From contig CAZSRA010000001.1 of the NCBI GenBank assembly GCA_964609585.1, forward strand, positions 287,290-351,289: a stretch of DNA of 64,000 bases. The letters are read 5' to 3'. The notes below the pieces were generated by a model, which did not search any database, had not been told where the DNA came from, and saw nothing but the letters and a program-made list of their open reading frames with translations. The stretch comes from an uncultured Candidatus Saccharimonadales bacterium. Its GTDB lineage: Bacteria; Patescibacteriota; Saccharimonadia; UBA4664. Shown here in pieces: positions 25,102 to 35,036 of this stretch. The translations under genes were made by a program, and so were the position numbers. Position 1 is the stretch's first letter, and each line of letters starts with the position of its first letter.

Positions 25102-28100
25102 TTAGTAAGTAGCTACGACTGCGCTGGTCCCAGAAGGGACATTTATGATCGCGTAGTTGACTCCGCTAGCGGTGAACGAAATGGTCGATACTGCTTGGCC
25201 GCCTATTGTTGCGGTAGACAGAGACTGGCCATGGTAGGTGCTTGGGACCATGAGTTGGAGATTGTGAGCGCTCGTACCGAGGGTAAATGTGAGGCTATTT
25301 GCGGCGTAGGTGAGGTTTGTGATGGTTGACGCGTTGCGGGCTGCAAAGAAGGTTTGAGCCTGACGGGCTGAAACCATGGGGATGGTGTTCGATTGAGCCA
25401 CATTTAGGGTATCTGAGGCGCACTGATTGGAGGCGGAGAGGTTATCGAGATGGCAAAGGATCGTAAAGTATCCATAGTAGCCGGTGGATCCGGTAGCGGC
25501 TGTTACGAGGCCGTTGATGGCGGAAAGTGTGGTGGTGGAGGGGTTTTCATCGGTAGCCTGGGTCGTGAATTGCTGTACGCCAGTTGCGTCGCCCGACGGG
25601 TCTGTATATTGCTCGGGGATGCCAGAGCCAGTGAACAAACACTGGCTAACGTTTAAGAACGCATTGGGCCAGCAGGCGCTATTGGTGTCGGCGGTGATGC
25701 CGTGGGCTGCTTCAACGGTGGGGATGGAAGCGTAATCGTTCCACATGCCGTAGCAGTGAAAGCGTTCGGTGAGTGGTGCATAGGCGGAGGAGATGCTGGG
25801 GTAGGACGTGTCCCAGGCATTGATGTCGGAGGTAACGATGGCGTCGAGCTGCGCTGTGGTTTTCCAGTTGCTCGCGCAGGCGCCGGAGCTTGCGATGTGG
25901 GGTGAGACCTCGAAGCCGTTGTCGGTGTAGGGCTTGGCGGAGGCATCCGAGAATGCACCGGCGTAGGCATAGCTCGTGGAGGTGTAGCAGGTCCAGTCGG
26001 CTACGCTGCAGCCTGCGGGGCTCGCTGTGGTTTCGGCGGCGAAGCGACTTAGGGTTTGAGAGCTTCCGGCATGATCGTCACCGGTTAGAACAAGTGCGGC
26101 TTTGGTGACGCCTCCTTGATAGGACGGGAAGTACCAAAGTTTTGGAACGCTACTTGAGGTTTCGATCAGGTTTACGAGCATATGCTGTTGCTCGTCGGCT
26201 TGAGGGATACTGGCTTTACTGACATCAAGCCAACCTTTGCCGAAACGATCCACGAATCGATCTTGATTGTCGGTGGAGACGGTGCTTTGACCGGCTAGAC
26301 CAGGGTTGCCATTTCGGGTATATACAACAGACTTGGCCAGATCGAACATAAACGCGATGGCTTTTCCAGCCCCGACGGTACTTGTAGTGACGGCAGGGTA
26401 TGAAGTGGCGGTTGTTGCATTTGAATAGAGCGTGGCGGTGGCGCCGGCTCCCGACAGTGGGTGCTGGTCGGCTGCCCCATGATATTGCATGGTTTGCGTC
26501 TCGATACCAGGAAATGCCGAAGCGTTGACACCGAAGTAGGCATCGAATAGGGGGCCTTGAGTTTTTGTTCCAATGCCGAGGAAGCTATCTAGATTATCTG
26601 CCGGCTTCATGGCTATGAAGGTGCCGCCGGCGGATGTCCAGGCTGATATTTGTGAGAGTTGCGAGCTGGTGAGTACAACTCCATCTGTCAGGATGATGGT
26701 GCGATATCCCGACAGGTCGAATGAGCTGGTGAGATTGCCGGTGTCCGTGGCGGCACATTCAGGGATTCCTTCGGTCTTGAGAAGCGCACTACAGTAGTCG
26801 TCGGAAAAAGCATTTGTGGGGTCGGTTAATACGAGCAGGGGGCCCGAACCACGAATGCCGGAGCGAGGAGTGGCCTGGGGAGTGGAGGTTGGTGCTTGGT
26901 AATACGTGGTGAAGTCAACGTCAACCCAGTAGTTTGTTGAGTTGTAGGTCGAGTTGGGCCAGACGGGACTAGAGCCATAGGAGTAAACGCCATTTCCCCC
27001 GCTCGCGCTTGAAGCGAGAGCATGGAGTGGCGGGTTATTGACGGCTGTCGCGAGGCCGCCGAGATTAGTCCCGGCATCGTAAGAGTAGTGTCCAACGGGC
27101 GCGAAGTAGGAGGCGGTATAGGTAGTATTTGCAGATACGGGAACTGAGCCGTTAAATTTAACATCTTGCCAGCCAGTGCCGGTTTCATTGGTGAATGTTG
27201 CCTGCGCGAGTAACGAACCGGTGGAGGACCAGAGCTGGCCGATGTGGGTGCCGGAGTTGTAGGACGAACCTTTGTAGAATCGAACACCCGAGATGTAGCC
27301 AGCTGTGTCGGACTGAAACTTCACGCCAACTGACACTGAGTAGGGGTCATTTGAATCGGCATTGGTGGGCGTGGCACTCGATGGCCAAATGGTGGCCGGG
27401 GCGGCCGGAGTGAAGTCGACATCAACCCAGTAGTTGGTGGCCCCGTAGGTGTTTGTGGGGAAGTTGCCGGTCTGATTTGCGGTGTAGAGATAGACACCGT
27501 TTGCACTGACGGAGTTTGCGATGGTGTGAAGCGGAGCGTTGTCGACTGGCGCACTCAGCCCGCCAGAAGTGTAGGAGTAATGACCTTGGGGCGCATAGTA
27601 GCTGGCAACGTAGGTTGTGCCAGCCGTAACGTTCACGGGTGTTGTAAATGTAGCATCCTGCCAGCCAGATGAGGTTTCGTTTGTGAATTGAGCCTGCCCT
27701 AGCTGAGTGCCGTCCGTTGACCACAGGTGTCCATAATGGGTACCGCCGTTAGTGGATCCGCCCTTGAAGAACCGGACGCCGTTTATTTGGCCGTTGGTGT
27801 CACTCGTGAACTTGACTCCGAGTTCGACAGCGTTTGAGTCGGAACCATCGAAGACTGCGGGAGAGGCTTGATTTGACCAGATGTTGTCGAAAGATGAAGA
27901 GCCGCCACTAGAGGCCGAACCTGGCGTGAAGTCGACATCGACCCAGTAATTGGTGGCGTTATAAGAACCGGACGGGAATCCTCCGCCTACGGCGCTTGTG
28001 TATTGATACAGGCCGTTTGTGGTGGTGGAGCTTGATGGCGCGTGGAGAGGCGCGTTGTCGAATGAAGTCGAAAAACCGTTGGAGGTGTAGGAATAGTGAC

Positions 28101-28515
28101 CCTGTGGTGCGTAGTAGCTGGCAACATAAGTTGTGTTCGCGTTGATATTAACGGGGGTGGTAAATGTGACATCTTGCCAACCAGATGTGGTTTCGCTCGT
28201 GAACTGAGCCTCCGCCAGCTGGCTGCCCGAAGTGGTCCAGAGATGGCCGTAGTGGGTGCCGGCATTGGTGGCGTCACCCTTATAAAAACGAACCCCCGTG
28301 ACGGTGCCGGGAGTATCGCTCGTAAATTTGACCCCTAGCTCAACCGCGCCGGAGTCGCCACTTACGGCAACTGCTGGGGTGTCGGTGCTGGAAAAGATAT
28401 TGTTGGAAGCGGCATGGGCGGGAAGTGCCGGTATTACGAATGTGTTAACGACGAGCATGAGAATAGCTGGAATGCCCAACAATTTCCGGCTGACTTTGTT
28501 CAAGATGGATTTCAC
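25102..28515 (-). CDS. Large secreted/surface protein (1137 aa): signal peptide + 3 tandem DUF4082-like ~160-aa repeats + ~600-aa C-terminal domain of unknown function (G+C-rich gene)
   Basis: N-terminus MKSILNKVSRKLLGIPAILMLVVNTFVIPALPAHA is a Sec signal. Three repeats share GVKF(T/Q)SDT.G...GVRF(Y/F)KG...N.GTH.G.LW...G..L..A.FT.ET..GWQD..F..PV.(V/I).A.TTY.ASY(Y/F)AP.GHYSY......NAPLH....NYWVDVDFT. The C-terminal half is Thr/Ser-rich. Confidence 0.8.
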   Translation of the reverse strand: MKSILNKVSRKLLGIPAILMLVVNTFVIPALPAHAASNNIFSSTDTPAVAVSGDSGAVELGVKFTSDTPGTVTGVRFYKGDATNAGTHYGHLWTTSGSQLAEAQFTSETTSGWQDVTFTTPVNINANTTYVASYYAPQGHYSYTSNGFSTSFDNAPLHAPSSSTTTNGLYQYTSAVGGGFPSGSYNATNYWVDVDFTPGSASSGGSSSFDNIWSNQASPAVFDGSDSNAVELGVKFTSDTNGQINGVRFFKGGSTNGGTHYGHLWSTDGTQLGQAQFTNETSSGWQDATFTTPVNVTAGTTYVASYYAPQGHYSYTSGGLSAPVDNAPLHTIANSVSANGVYLYTANQTGNFPTNTYGATNYWVDVDFTPAAPATIWPSSATPTNADSNDPYSVSVGVKFQSDTAGYISGVRFYKGSSYNSGTHIGQLWSSTGSLLAQATFTNETGTGWQDVKFNGSVPVSANTTYTASYFAPVGHYSYDAGTNLGGLATAVNNPPLHALASSASGGNGVYSYGSSPVWPNSTYNSTNYWVDVDFTTYYQAPTSTPQATPRSGIRGSGPLLVLTDPTNAFSDDYCSALLKTEGIPECAATDTGNLTSSFDLSGYRTIILTDGVVLTSSQLSQISAWTSAGGTFIAMKPADNLDSFLGIGTKTQGPLFDAYFGVNASAFPGIETQTMQYHGAADQHPLSGAGATATLYSNATTATSYPAVTTSTVGAGKAIAFMFDLAKSVVYTRNGNPGLAGQSTVSTDNQDRFVDRFGKGWLDVSKASIPQADEQQHMLVNLIETSSSVPKLWYFPSYQGGVTKAALVLTGDDHAGSSQTLSRFAAETTASPAGCSVADWTCYTSTSYAYAGAFSDASAKPYTDNGFEVSPHIASSGACASNWKTTAQLDAIVTSDINAWDTSYPSISSAYAPLTERFHCYGMWNDYASIPTVEAAHGITADTNSACWPNAFLNVSQCLFTGSGIPEQYTDPSGDATGVQQFTTQATDENPSTTTLSAINGLVTAATGSTGYYGYFTILCHLDNLSASNQCASDTLNVAQSNTIPMVSARQAQTFFAARNASTITNLTYAANSLTFTLGTSAHNLQLMVPSTYHGQSLSTATIGGQAVSTISFTASGVNYAIINVPSGTSAVVATY
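26910..28380 (-). repeat. Three tandem ~480-nt coding repeats (DUF4082-like domain units) inside the large surface-protein gene
   Basis: The protein-level triple repeat mapped back to nucleotides; boundaries approximate. Confidence 0.6.
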
Positions 28516-28645
28516 GGGAGCACTCCTGGTTATCAGTAATTCTTAATTCTCAAGCTTCGACTTTAACACACCTATCTACAGATAGGAAAGGCATTAACCA
28601 TCGAACAGGCTTGAGGGGGTATCGAGCCAGAATGAGTAATTCTAA

Positions 28646-29728
28646 TTAATAAATATTTGCTTTATTGAATGCATATCCTGCTCGGAGGAAAAGTAGAGCG
28701 TTGGTGATGAAAGCGACGGCTGCTATGACGAACACGACTCCCCCTTTATTTACGACCCCGAAAAGCAAGATCATGGTGACTGCATAAACTCCGATGAAGA
28801 TGCCGCTTGCGAGTGCTTGCCATAATTTGGAGGCAGCTTGAGCGTAGATCTCGGAGGTAGTTTTTTGGATTCGATACATGAGTATGGCTGTGGCTATCGT
28901 GATAATTGTAATGATGGCCTCAACAGCCAGGGTAACTTTGAATAAGGTTTCGGGAGTAGCGGGAAATGCTTTATGGGGGACGAGCGTAACTATTATTGCT
29001 CCGGCAATGGCGAGTATTGTTGTGAGTTTCCCTGAGCTAGCACGGCTTTTAACTCCGAGGCGTTTCGCATATCCGCGAATTCCGGCATATATAACTATGA
29101 GCGCTGGAATAGTGCAACTGGTAATAATAACCGCCATGTACTGCGATTTTTGGAGATTTAAGATGACAAAAAGTGGCTGTAATAGCTGGGAGGCACCCAT
29201 AATCGTGACTCCTATGCAGATTAAGACATAGTCTTTGCGGACAGGTTTTTGAAGCTCTTTTAGGGCCGCAATGAAGAACCAGGCTGCACCGAGATAAAGC
29301 ATGGCAAAAAATAAGGACGGGCTTAGGAGCTGTTTTAGGTTGTTTTGAGCTGGTCCTAGAGGCAGGAACGATGATATGGCGGTTATGCTTACTGTTAGAG
29401 CCACGACCCCAGCAAGGCTCAGCCGTAGAGTGCCCAACGGATTTTTGCCGCTCATTTTATTTTGTACTCGGAGTCTGAGTGACTCCGTAGTGAGGAGCCG
29501 GATGGTTTCTTTTTCGACGATATAGTGTTCTACTTCTTCTTTCACCTGCTGGAGAGTTTCGAGGTCGGTAGAAGACATTTCAAGCATAGAATCCTGTCGG
29601 GCTGTAATTGCTCGCATGGGATTTAAGATAGTATCTAGCCCCGATAACTGAGTCGCAAGCGAGGCCATGTAAATGATCTCATCGATTAATTGTCGGCCGG
29701 GAGTTGAGATTTTGGATTCATTTAGCAT
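28646..29728 (-). CDS. Hypothetical membrane protein (360 aa; N-terminal soluble region + 6-7 TM C-terminal half)
   Basis: Long ORF with lower G+C than the upstream neighbour; no recognised motif. Confidence 0.55.
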   Translation of the reverse strand: MLNESKISTPGRQLIDEIIYMASLATQLSGLDTILNPMRAITARQDSMLEMSSTDLETLQQVKEEVEHYIVEKETIRLLTTESLRLRVQNKMSGKNPLGTLRLSLAGVVALTVSITAISSFLPLGPAQNNLKQLLSPSLFFAMLYLGAAWFFIAALKELQKPVRKDYVLICIGVTIMGASQLLQPLFVILNLQKSQYMAVIITSCTIPALIVIYAGIRGYAKRLGVKSRASSGKLTTILAIAGAIIVTLVPHKAFPATPETLFKVTLAVEAIITIITIATAILMYRIQKTTSEIYAQAASKLWQALASGIFIGVYAVTMILLFGVVNKGGVVFVIAAVAFITNALLFLRAGYAFNKANIY

Positions 29729-29742
29729 AACGTCGCACTTGT

Positions 29743-30153
29743 TTAAAAAGGCGCGGGATTAAAGTGAATCGCCATCCAGAGGTGGCCATCGAGATCTTTA
29801 AACTCTCCTGCGTAGCCCATAAATTGCCTGCTGGGTTCGGTGACAATTTTAGCCCCGGCATGGCGGGCTTTTTCGAGGAGATCGTCGACTTCTTGGTTGT
29901 TGTTTAAGATGAGGCTTTGAACGACTTCAGACACGCCATTGGCGGCGACATTACTTCCGGGTGCAACAAAGGCGAATCCGTCCCGCGGTACCATCATGAG
30001 TACGCTGTTATCGGTAAGGCGTAGTTCGAGTGGTTCGGGGATTTCGGTTGCCTCAGGGTCGCGGGCTAATTTAAGGCCCAAGGCTTTGTAGAACTCGAAG
30101 GCTTTTTCGCGGTTGTCAGTGGGTAGGGCGATGATTAATTCATTGATTTTCAT
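29743..30153 (-). CDS. VOC/glyoxalase-bleomycin-resistance family protein
   Basis: 136 aa beta-alpha-beta-beta-beta module pattern (MKINELIIALPTDNREKAFEFYKALGLKL...). Confidence 0.7.
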   Translation of the reverse strand: MKINELIIALPTDNREKAFEFYKALGLKLARDPEATEIPEPLELRLTDNSVLMMVPRDGFAFVAPGSNVAANGVSEVVQSLILNNNQEVDDLLEKARHAGAKIVTEPSRQFMGYAGEFKDLDGHLWMAIHFNPAPF

Positions 30154-30225
30154 TGGAAGATTTCTCCTTAAAAGTGTTGTTATCGCAAAAAGACTAGCTA
30201 GAGCACAAGTACTTAAGATGGCTTC

Positions 30226-30678
30226 TTAATGCCACTTGAGCTCATATTTTTTAAGCCCTTCGTCGCCGAGTTTGCCAAAGAGATACCATGTGTTTACCGT
30301 GATTTTATAAAATTGCGCGCCCTCTGGTTGTTTTGACTCTAAAAGAATGTCTTTGGGTATTTGGAGGCGTTCTTTTAAGTAGCTGGCTGCCTGGATTTGG
30401 TCTTTTTCTTGGTTGAGCAGCTGAGCTGTTCCTTCGAAATAAATACCTCGAGGCAGTTCCGTAAGCTCGTGCTGTTTGATAATTGTACCGGCTACGGCTG
30501 GATTGGTGGCGATTTCTAAGCTGTGGCGGCGCGAAGCGAGTGAGCGAAAATAGAGATTTAGGCCATCGTCATAGGCAAAATGAACTTCGCAAACCCACGG
30601 TTTGTTGTCTTTGCTCGTGCCGAGTGATAGATGGACGATTTGAGGGAGATAGTCGCGAATCGCTTGTTCGAGGTTCAT
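30226..30678 (-). CDS. Pyridoxamine 5'-phosphate oxidase-like FMN-binding split-barrel protein
   Basis: 150 aa; general-stress-protein-26-like pattern (…HLSLGTSKDNKPWVCEVHFAYDDGLNLYFRS…). Confidence 0.65.
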   Translation of the reverse strand: MNLEQAIRDYLPQIVHLSLGTSKDNKPWVCEVHFAYDDGLNLYFRSLASRRHSLEIATNPAVAGTIIKQHELTELPRGIYFEGTAQLLNQEKDQIQAASYLKERLQIPKDILLESKQPEGAQFYKITVNTWYLFGKLGDEGLKKYELKWH

Positions 30679-30810
30679 GCTAGACTGGCTTTCGTGAAAT
30701 TAATGTTAGTTTAAGACAATTATACCGCAGGTTTCTCGCGAAAGAGGTTATTTATATTGACAGTGACTTTCATAAGATATTAACTATCAATATAATATGA
30801 GGGTATTGAG

Positions 30811-32361
30811 ATGGACATCGTAAAAGATATTGGCAAGCGTAAATGGCTGGCTTTGATCGCGATGTCTTTGGCGGCCATTGCGTTTAGTCTTGATCTGACG
30901 GTATTAAATCTAGCCCTGCCCACTCTATCCTCGGCCCTAAATGCTTCAACCAACCAGCTTCAGTGGATTGCCGACTCTTATGCTTTGATGCTTGCGGTTC
31001 TAACCTTGCCAGCCGGGCTCATTGGCGACCGTTATGGGCGCAAGAAAATGATGCTTGTGGCTTTAACCCTATTTGGTGCGGCTTCGCTCTTTTGTGCTTA
31101 TTCGACATCGGTTGGCATGCTTATAGGTGCCCGGATAATGCTCGGCATTGGGGCGGCGTTTATTCTTCCTTTGGCGCTATCGGTTTTACCGGTATTTTTT
31201 AGCGACAGCGAACGCCCGAAGGCGATAGCCGTGCTGATGGGAGGTGTGTTTTTGGCTTACCCGCTCGGCCCTATTTTGGGGGGCTGGTTGCTGACTTATT
31301 TTTGGTGGGGTTCGGTTTTTTTAATAAACGTGCCAATTGTGCTTATCGCTCTAGCGGCCGTAGCAATTTTGTTGCCTGAGAGCAAAAGCTCTGAGCAGCA
31401 CAAGCTTGATGTTATGGGTGTTGTCATTTCGAGTTTGGGACTTACGGGTATAACTTATGGGGCGATTCAGGCTGAGTCTAGGGGCTGGAACGATAGCCTG
31501 GTTGTCGCCTCGATTCTTACTGGTGCTATGCTTCTGGTTTTATTTGTAGCGTGGGAAAAGCGGATTATACGGCAAAACCAGCAGCCTCTCGTAGACCTTG
31601 CCCTCTTTCGTTCTGCTGATTTCTCGTGGGGTACGATACTTATGACGTTTGTGAATTTTTCGATGTTTGGTTTATTCTTTGGACTACCACAATACTTTCA
31701 ATCAGTGCGGGGCGAGGATGCTCTGGGGTCGGGCATTCGACTGCTTCCGATGATAGTTGGGCTGATGATTGGATCGATTATAACCAGCAAGTTTGCCAGG
31801 AAGATGGGCGCGAAATATGCCGCAGCGCTTGGTTTTGGCACGATGTCGATCGGGTTGATTCTGGGAACTCGAATTACGCTTTCAACGAGTGATTTTTATA
31901 CGTTTGTGTGGGTTGGGATTGTGGGTTTGGGTTTAGGCCTGGCTGTGCCTGCTACGGCCGATGCGGCGATCGGGACTTTGTCTGCTGAGCGAAGTGGTGC
32001 CGGGAATGCGCTGATTACGGCTATTCGCCAAGTTGGAGGGACTCTTGGCATTGCATTGCTTGGGACGTTTCTTGGAGCTAACTACCGGAGCCAGTTGAGC
32101 CTCGGGAATTTGCCGAGCCGGCTAGCCGACAAAACCCGTGATAGTATTGTTGGCGGAGTCGCAGTTGCCCATAAGCTTAATTCGATAGAACTATTGCACA
32201 ATGTGCGTTTAGCATTTGTGTATGGCCTGGACATCATGTTATTGGTGTGTGCTGGGATCGCAGTAATAGCCGTTGCCCTAGCCTTGCTTTTCCTGCCACG
32301 TCGACATATTATACGATCTTCTACGCCGGGAAAGGCTTTCAAGGATGTTGGGTCTGCGTGA
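30811..32361 (+). CDS. MFS drug:H+ antiporter, DHA2 (14-TMS, EmrB/QacA-like)
   Basis: MFS motif GLIGDRYGRKKMML; 516 aa with ~14 TM; GAGGGT SD upstream. Confidence 0.85.
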   Translation: MDIVKDIGKRKWLALIAMSLAAIAFSLDLTVLNLALPTLSSALNASTNQLQWIADSYALMLAVLTLPAGLIGDRYGRKKMMLVALTLFGAASLFCAYSTSVGMLIGARIMLGIGAAFILPLALSVLPVFFSDSERPKAIAVLMGGVFLAYPLGPILGGWLLTYFWWGSVFLINVPIVLIALAAVAILLPESKSSEQHKLDVMGVVISSLGLTGITYGAIQAESRGWNDSLVVASILTGAMLLVLFVAWEKRIIRQNQQPLVDLALFRSADFSWGTILMTFVNFSMFGLFFGLPQYFQSVRGEDALGSGIRLLPMIVGLMIGSIITSKFARKMGAKYAAALGFGTMSIGLILGTRITLSTSDFYTFVWVGIVGLGLGLAVPATADAAIGTLSAERSGAGNALITAIRQVGGTLGIALLGTFLGANYRSQLSLGNLPSRLADKTRDSIVGGVAVAHKLNSIELLHNVRLAFVYGLDIMLLVCAGIAVIAVALALLFLPRRHIIRSSTPGKAFKDVGSA

Positions 32362-32941
32362 ACGCAAAAAAAATAAGAATAAAATCGTTATTCAAGAGCA
32401 GGCTCTCAAGTTGTTTCTTAAACAAGGGTATGTGGCTACTACTATCGAACAAATAGCCGAAGCTGCAGAGATTTCGCCTAGTACCTTCTTTCGCTACTTT
32501 AAGACAAAAGAATCCGTAATGCTCTATGACAGCTTGGATCCCCTGATAATACAGGTTTTTAAAGAGCAGCCCTCTAACTTGAATGTTATTCAAGCACTAC
32601 GTAGCGCGATCAAAGAAGTTTTTACGAATTTGCCTCGCGAGCGAATGTCGCTCGAAATGAGGAGAGGCGAGCTTATTCGCAGCGTACCTGAGTTGCGGGC
32701 TGGGCTGTTTGACGAGCTAGTTCGCAATATCGATATGTTTGCAGAAATGATTGCCGAGCGGACCGGGCGCAAAGCTAGTGAGCTTGCTGTTCGGAATTTG
32801 GCAGGGGCTATTATTGGGGTGGTAATGGCTTCTTTACTGCAGGTTTATCAGCAAAAATCTAGCGTTGATTACGTACAAACATTTGACGCGGCTTTGGCTC
32901 AGCTCGAGAAAGATCTTGCTTCTTCTTCACTGATAGCCTAG
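32345..32941 (+). CDS. TetR-family transcriptional regulator (likely regulator of the upstream MFS pump)
   Basis: TetR HTH LKLFLKQGYVATTIEQIAEAAEISPSTFFRYFKTKE; overlaps the MFS gene end by 17 nt. Confidence 0.8.
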   Translation: MLGLRERKKNKNKIVIQEQALKLFLKQGYVATTIEQIAEAAEISPSTFFRYFKTKESVMLYDSLDPLIIQVFKEQPSNLNVIQALRSAIKEVFTNLPRERMSLEMRRGELIRSVPELRAGLFDELVRNIDMFAEMIAERTGRKASELAVRNLAGAIIGVVMASLLQVYQQKSSVDYVQTFDAALAQLEKDLASSSLIA

Positions 32942-32944
32942 ATG

Positions 32945-33430
32945 CTATTTTTTAAAATGTGGCTCGACTTGGAGCAAAAGGTAGAAAAATATGGCTGAGA
33001 TGGCTACCATGCCAAAAAGTGGTCCAATACTGCCTTCGGTCGAAAAGATGCGGTCGATGCCGTAGGCGATGTTGAGAAGGGCGCTATAGTACAGCAAATT
33101 CCAGCCTCGCTTTTTTAGCAGGCGCAGATCTGGTAAGGCGAGTATTTGTAAAAGCATCTCAGTGGCCGTGATAACAAAGGCGAGATAGAAAAAGAAGTTG
33201 AGAGTATCCCCGCTTGCGCGTGCTTCGGTCCAATAGCCCCAGCCGATTCCTGGTTGGACGATGATCACAGCGAACAAGATGCACCAAGCCCATTGAGCGA
33301 TGATTTTACTAAACCAGGTTGGCAATTGATAGGGAAATTTGCTGCCGATACTTTTATCGAGGATTGATTGTAACAATAGTTTTTTTGACACGGGGATACC
33401 CTCTTTTTTACAAAATCTAGTTGGATGCAA
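32945..33430 (-). CDS. Hypothetical small membrane protein
   Basis: 161-aa ORF with 3-4 hydrophobic helices; start uncertain (overlaps the upstream ORF by 14 nt). Confidence 0.45.
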   Translation of the reverse strand: MHPTRFCKKEGIPVSKKLLLQSILDKSIGSKFPYQLPTWFSKIIAQWAWCILFAVIIVQPGIGWGYWTEARASGDTLNFFFYLAFVITATEMLLQILALPDLRLLKKRGWNLLYYSALLNIAYGIDRIFSTEGSIGPLFGMVAISAIFFYLLLQVEPHFKK

Positions 33431-33845
33431 AGGCCGACTTTACGTGCTTGCCGTTGATGATAGTAATTACACCAAGAAGTAACAGGCCGCCGACTGCTTC
33501 CTGAAGCTTCATCCACATTGGAAAGCCGCCGGGGATAGCAATGATGACAGCGATGGCTACGAACATAATTGCGGACGTAATGCGCAGGCGAAGATAGTTG
33601 GGCCTAGAACCGCGCGTGGCTCGCATGGCAAAGGAAGCCATGAGTAGGGCTGTGGCTGCGACAATAATCCCGTGAACCCAAGCTTCTGTGGTTGCAAGCT
33701 CTGGATGATGGCTAAGCGCTACAAGTGCGACGATGGCGGCAAGGTTAAGACTTGTATAAGATCCAACCAGAAGTCGTACATTTCGGAATGCAGACTGGGT
33801 CTTCGGGTCTTTTAGTTGTTGTTCGGACAGGTTTGAGGTTGACAT
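33417..33845 (-). CDS. Hypothetical small membrane protein
   Basis: 142 aa with 4 TM helices. Confidence 0.5.
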   Translation of the reverse strand: MSTSNLSEQQLKDPKTQSAFRNVRLLVGSYTSLNLAAIVALVALSHHPELATTEAWVHGIIVAATALLMASFAMRATRGSRPNYLRLRITSAIMFVAIAVIIAIPGGFPMWMKLQEAVGGLLLLGVITIINGKHVKSAFASN

Positions 33846-33902
33846 TGCAACTCCTTGTTTTATTACTTTCTGGCATCTCGTTGGCTTTTAAAGAAAAAGG
33901 AT

Positions 33903-34505
33903 CTATCCGCTTACATCGGGCGCTACTACCTTGTCGAACAGATGAACGATCTCGCGGATATATTGGTTGATATCGAGGGTTGGGTGGGCCACCACATAGA
34001 AGGAGGCGCCGTCTATCGTGAGTCGAATGATCATGGCAGTGATGCGTGGATCAAAGGTTCCTAGTTCTCCGGCCTTTTGACCGTTCTTTAGCATCTGTTC
34101 GAGCCAGTTCACGGGTTCATCATTGCCTCCTGAGGGCGCTACATATTTTTGAATTTGGTGAACGGCTGCGATGTGATTAGCATGCTCCGCTATAAAGGTT
34201 AAGTTTGAGGTGATGTAGGCCTTAAGCTTATCGCGATAGGATTGGGCTGCGACAATGAAGGGCCCCATGTACTTTGCGCCGTCTTCGAAAAGCGTGCCGA
34301 CAAGCGCTTCATTAAGAGCTGTTTTTGACTTGAAGTGGTATAGGACGGTGCTCTTGTTTGTCCCGGCTTGGCTGGCAATTTTTTCGATGGACGAAGAAGC
34401 GTAGCCATCTCGGTTAATCACGGTAATAGCAGCGGAAATGATATCGTCACGCCGGGCTTTTTGGATGCGCGTGAGAGGTGGGTTATGAGAAATAACTGAC
34501 TTCAT
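33903..34505 (-). CDS. TetR-family transcriptional regulator
   Basis: ARRDDIISAAITVINRDGYASSSIEKIASQAGTNKSTVLYHFKSK is a TetR N-terminal HTH. Confidence 0.8.
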   Translation of the reverse strand: MKSVISHNPPLTRIQKARRDDIISAAITVINRDGYASSSIEKIASQAGTNKSTVLYHFKSKTALNEALVGTLFEDGAKYMGPFIVAAQSYRDKLKAYITSNLTFIAEHANHIAAVHQIQKYVAPSGGNDEPVNWLEQMLKNGQKAGELGTFDPRITAMIIRLTIDGASFYVVAHPTLDINQYIREIVHLFDKVVAPDVSG

Positions 34506-34614
34506 GGTTAGATATTATACCATCCGGTCAGCTTTTGCAATAGTTTTTGTAGAATCACTTGAAGTTTTCTTCGGAATAATTTAGTATGTATACATACTAA
34601 ATCTAAGGAGACTC

Positions 34615-35031
34615 ATGAAATCGTTCGCATCCGATACTTTTACTAGTGCGACTGCCGATCAGGCTTGGCGTGCGTGGACCGATTTATCCAAGTGGAACCT
34701 GCATGACCCGACTATTGAATCCATTACTCTTGGAACGTTCGAAAATGGAGTACATGCCAAGCTCAAGAATAAAAAAGGCCCTGGGGCGACGTTGATTATT
34801 GAAGACATCGAGCCAGGCAAGCGCTTTACGATTCGGACTAATTTGCCCTTGTGTACGATGTTGAGTTTTCATGAAGTGGTACCAGAAAAGGGTGGCGCAC
34901 GGTTTGTGTTTCGTACTGAGTTTCGCGGACCGCTTGGCGGCTTGTTCTATGAGATGTTTGGCAAGGATATCGCGAAAGAATCAGAGCCAAATATGAAACG
35001 GCTTTGCAAGCTTGCTGAAACCGAGTATTAA
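34615..35031 (+). CDS. SRPBCC-superfamily protein (polyketide cyclase/dehydrase-like)
   Basis: 138 aa; AAGGAG SD upstream; divergent from the TetR gene. Confidence 0.65.
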   Translation: MKSFASDTFTSATADQAWRAWTDLSKWNLHDPTIESITLGTFENGVHAKLKNKKGPGATLIIEDIEPGKRFTIRTNLPLCTMLSFHEVVPEKGGARFVFRTEFRGPLGGLFYEMFGKDIAKESEPNMKRLCKLAETEY

Positions 35032-35036
35032 CGACT

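Noticed and set aside
25203-28546. Many 60-150-aa ORFs on both strands inside the surface-protein gene (e.g. 26826-27287, 27987-28277, 28096-28338)
   Set aside because: They are Pro/Arg/Thr-rich products typical of alternative frames of a G+C-rich, repeat-containing gene; the 1137-aa frame has a signal peptide and coherent domain repeats.
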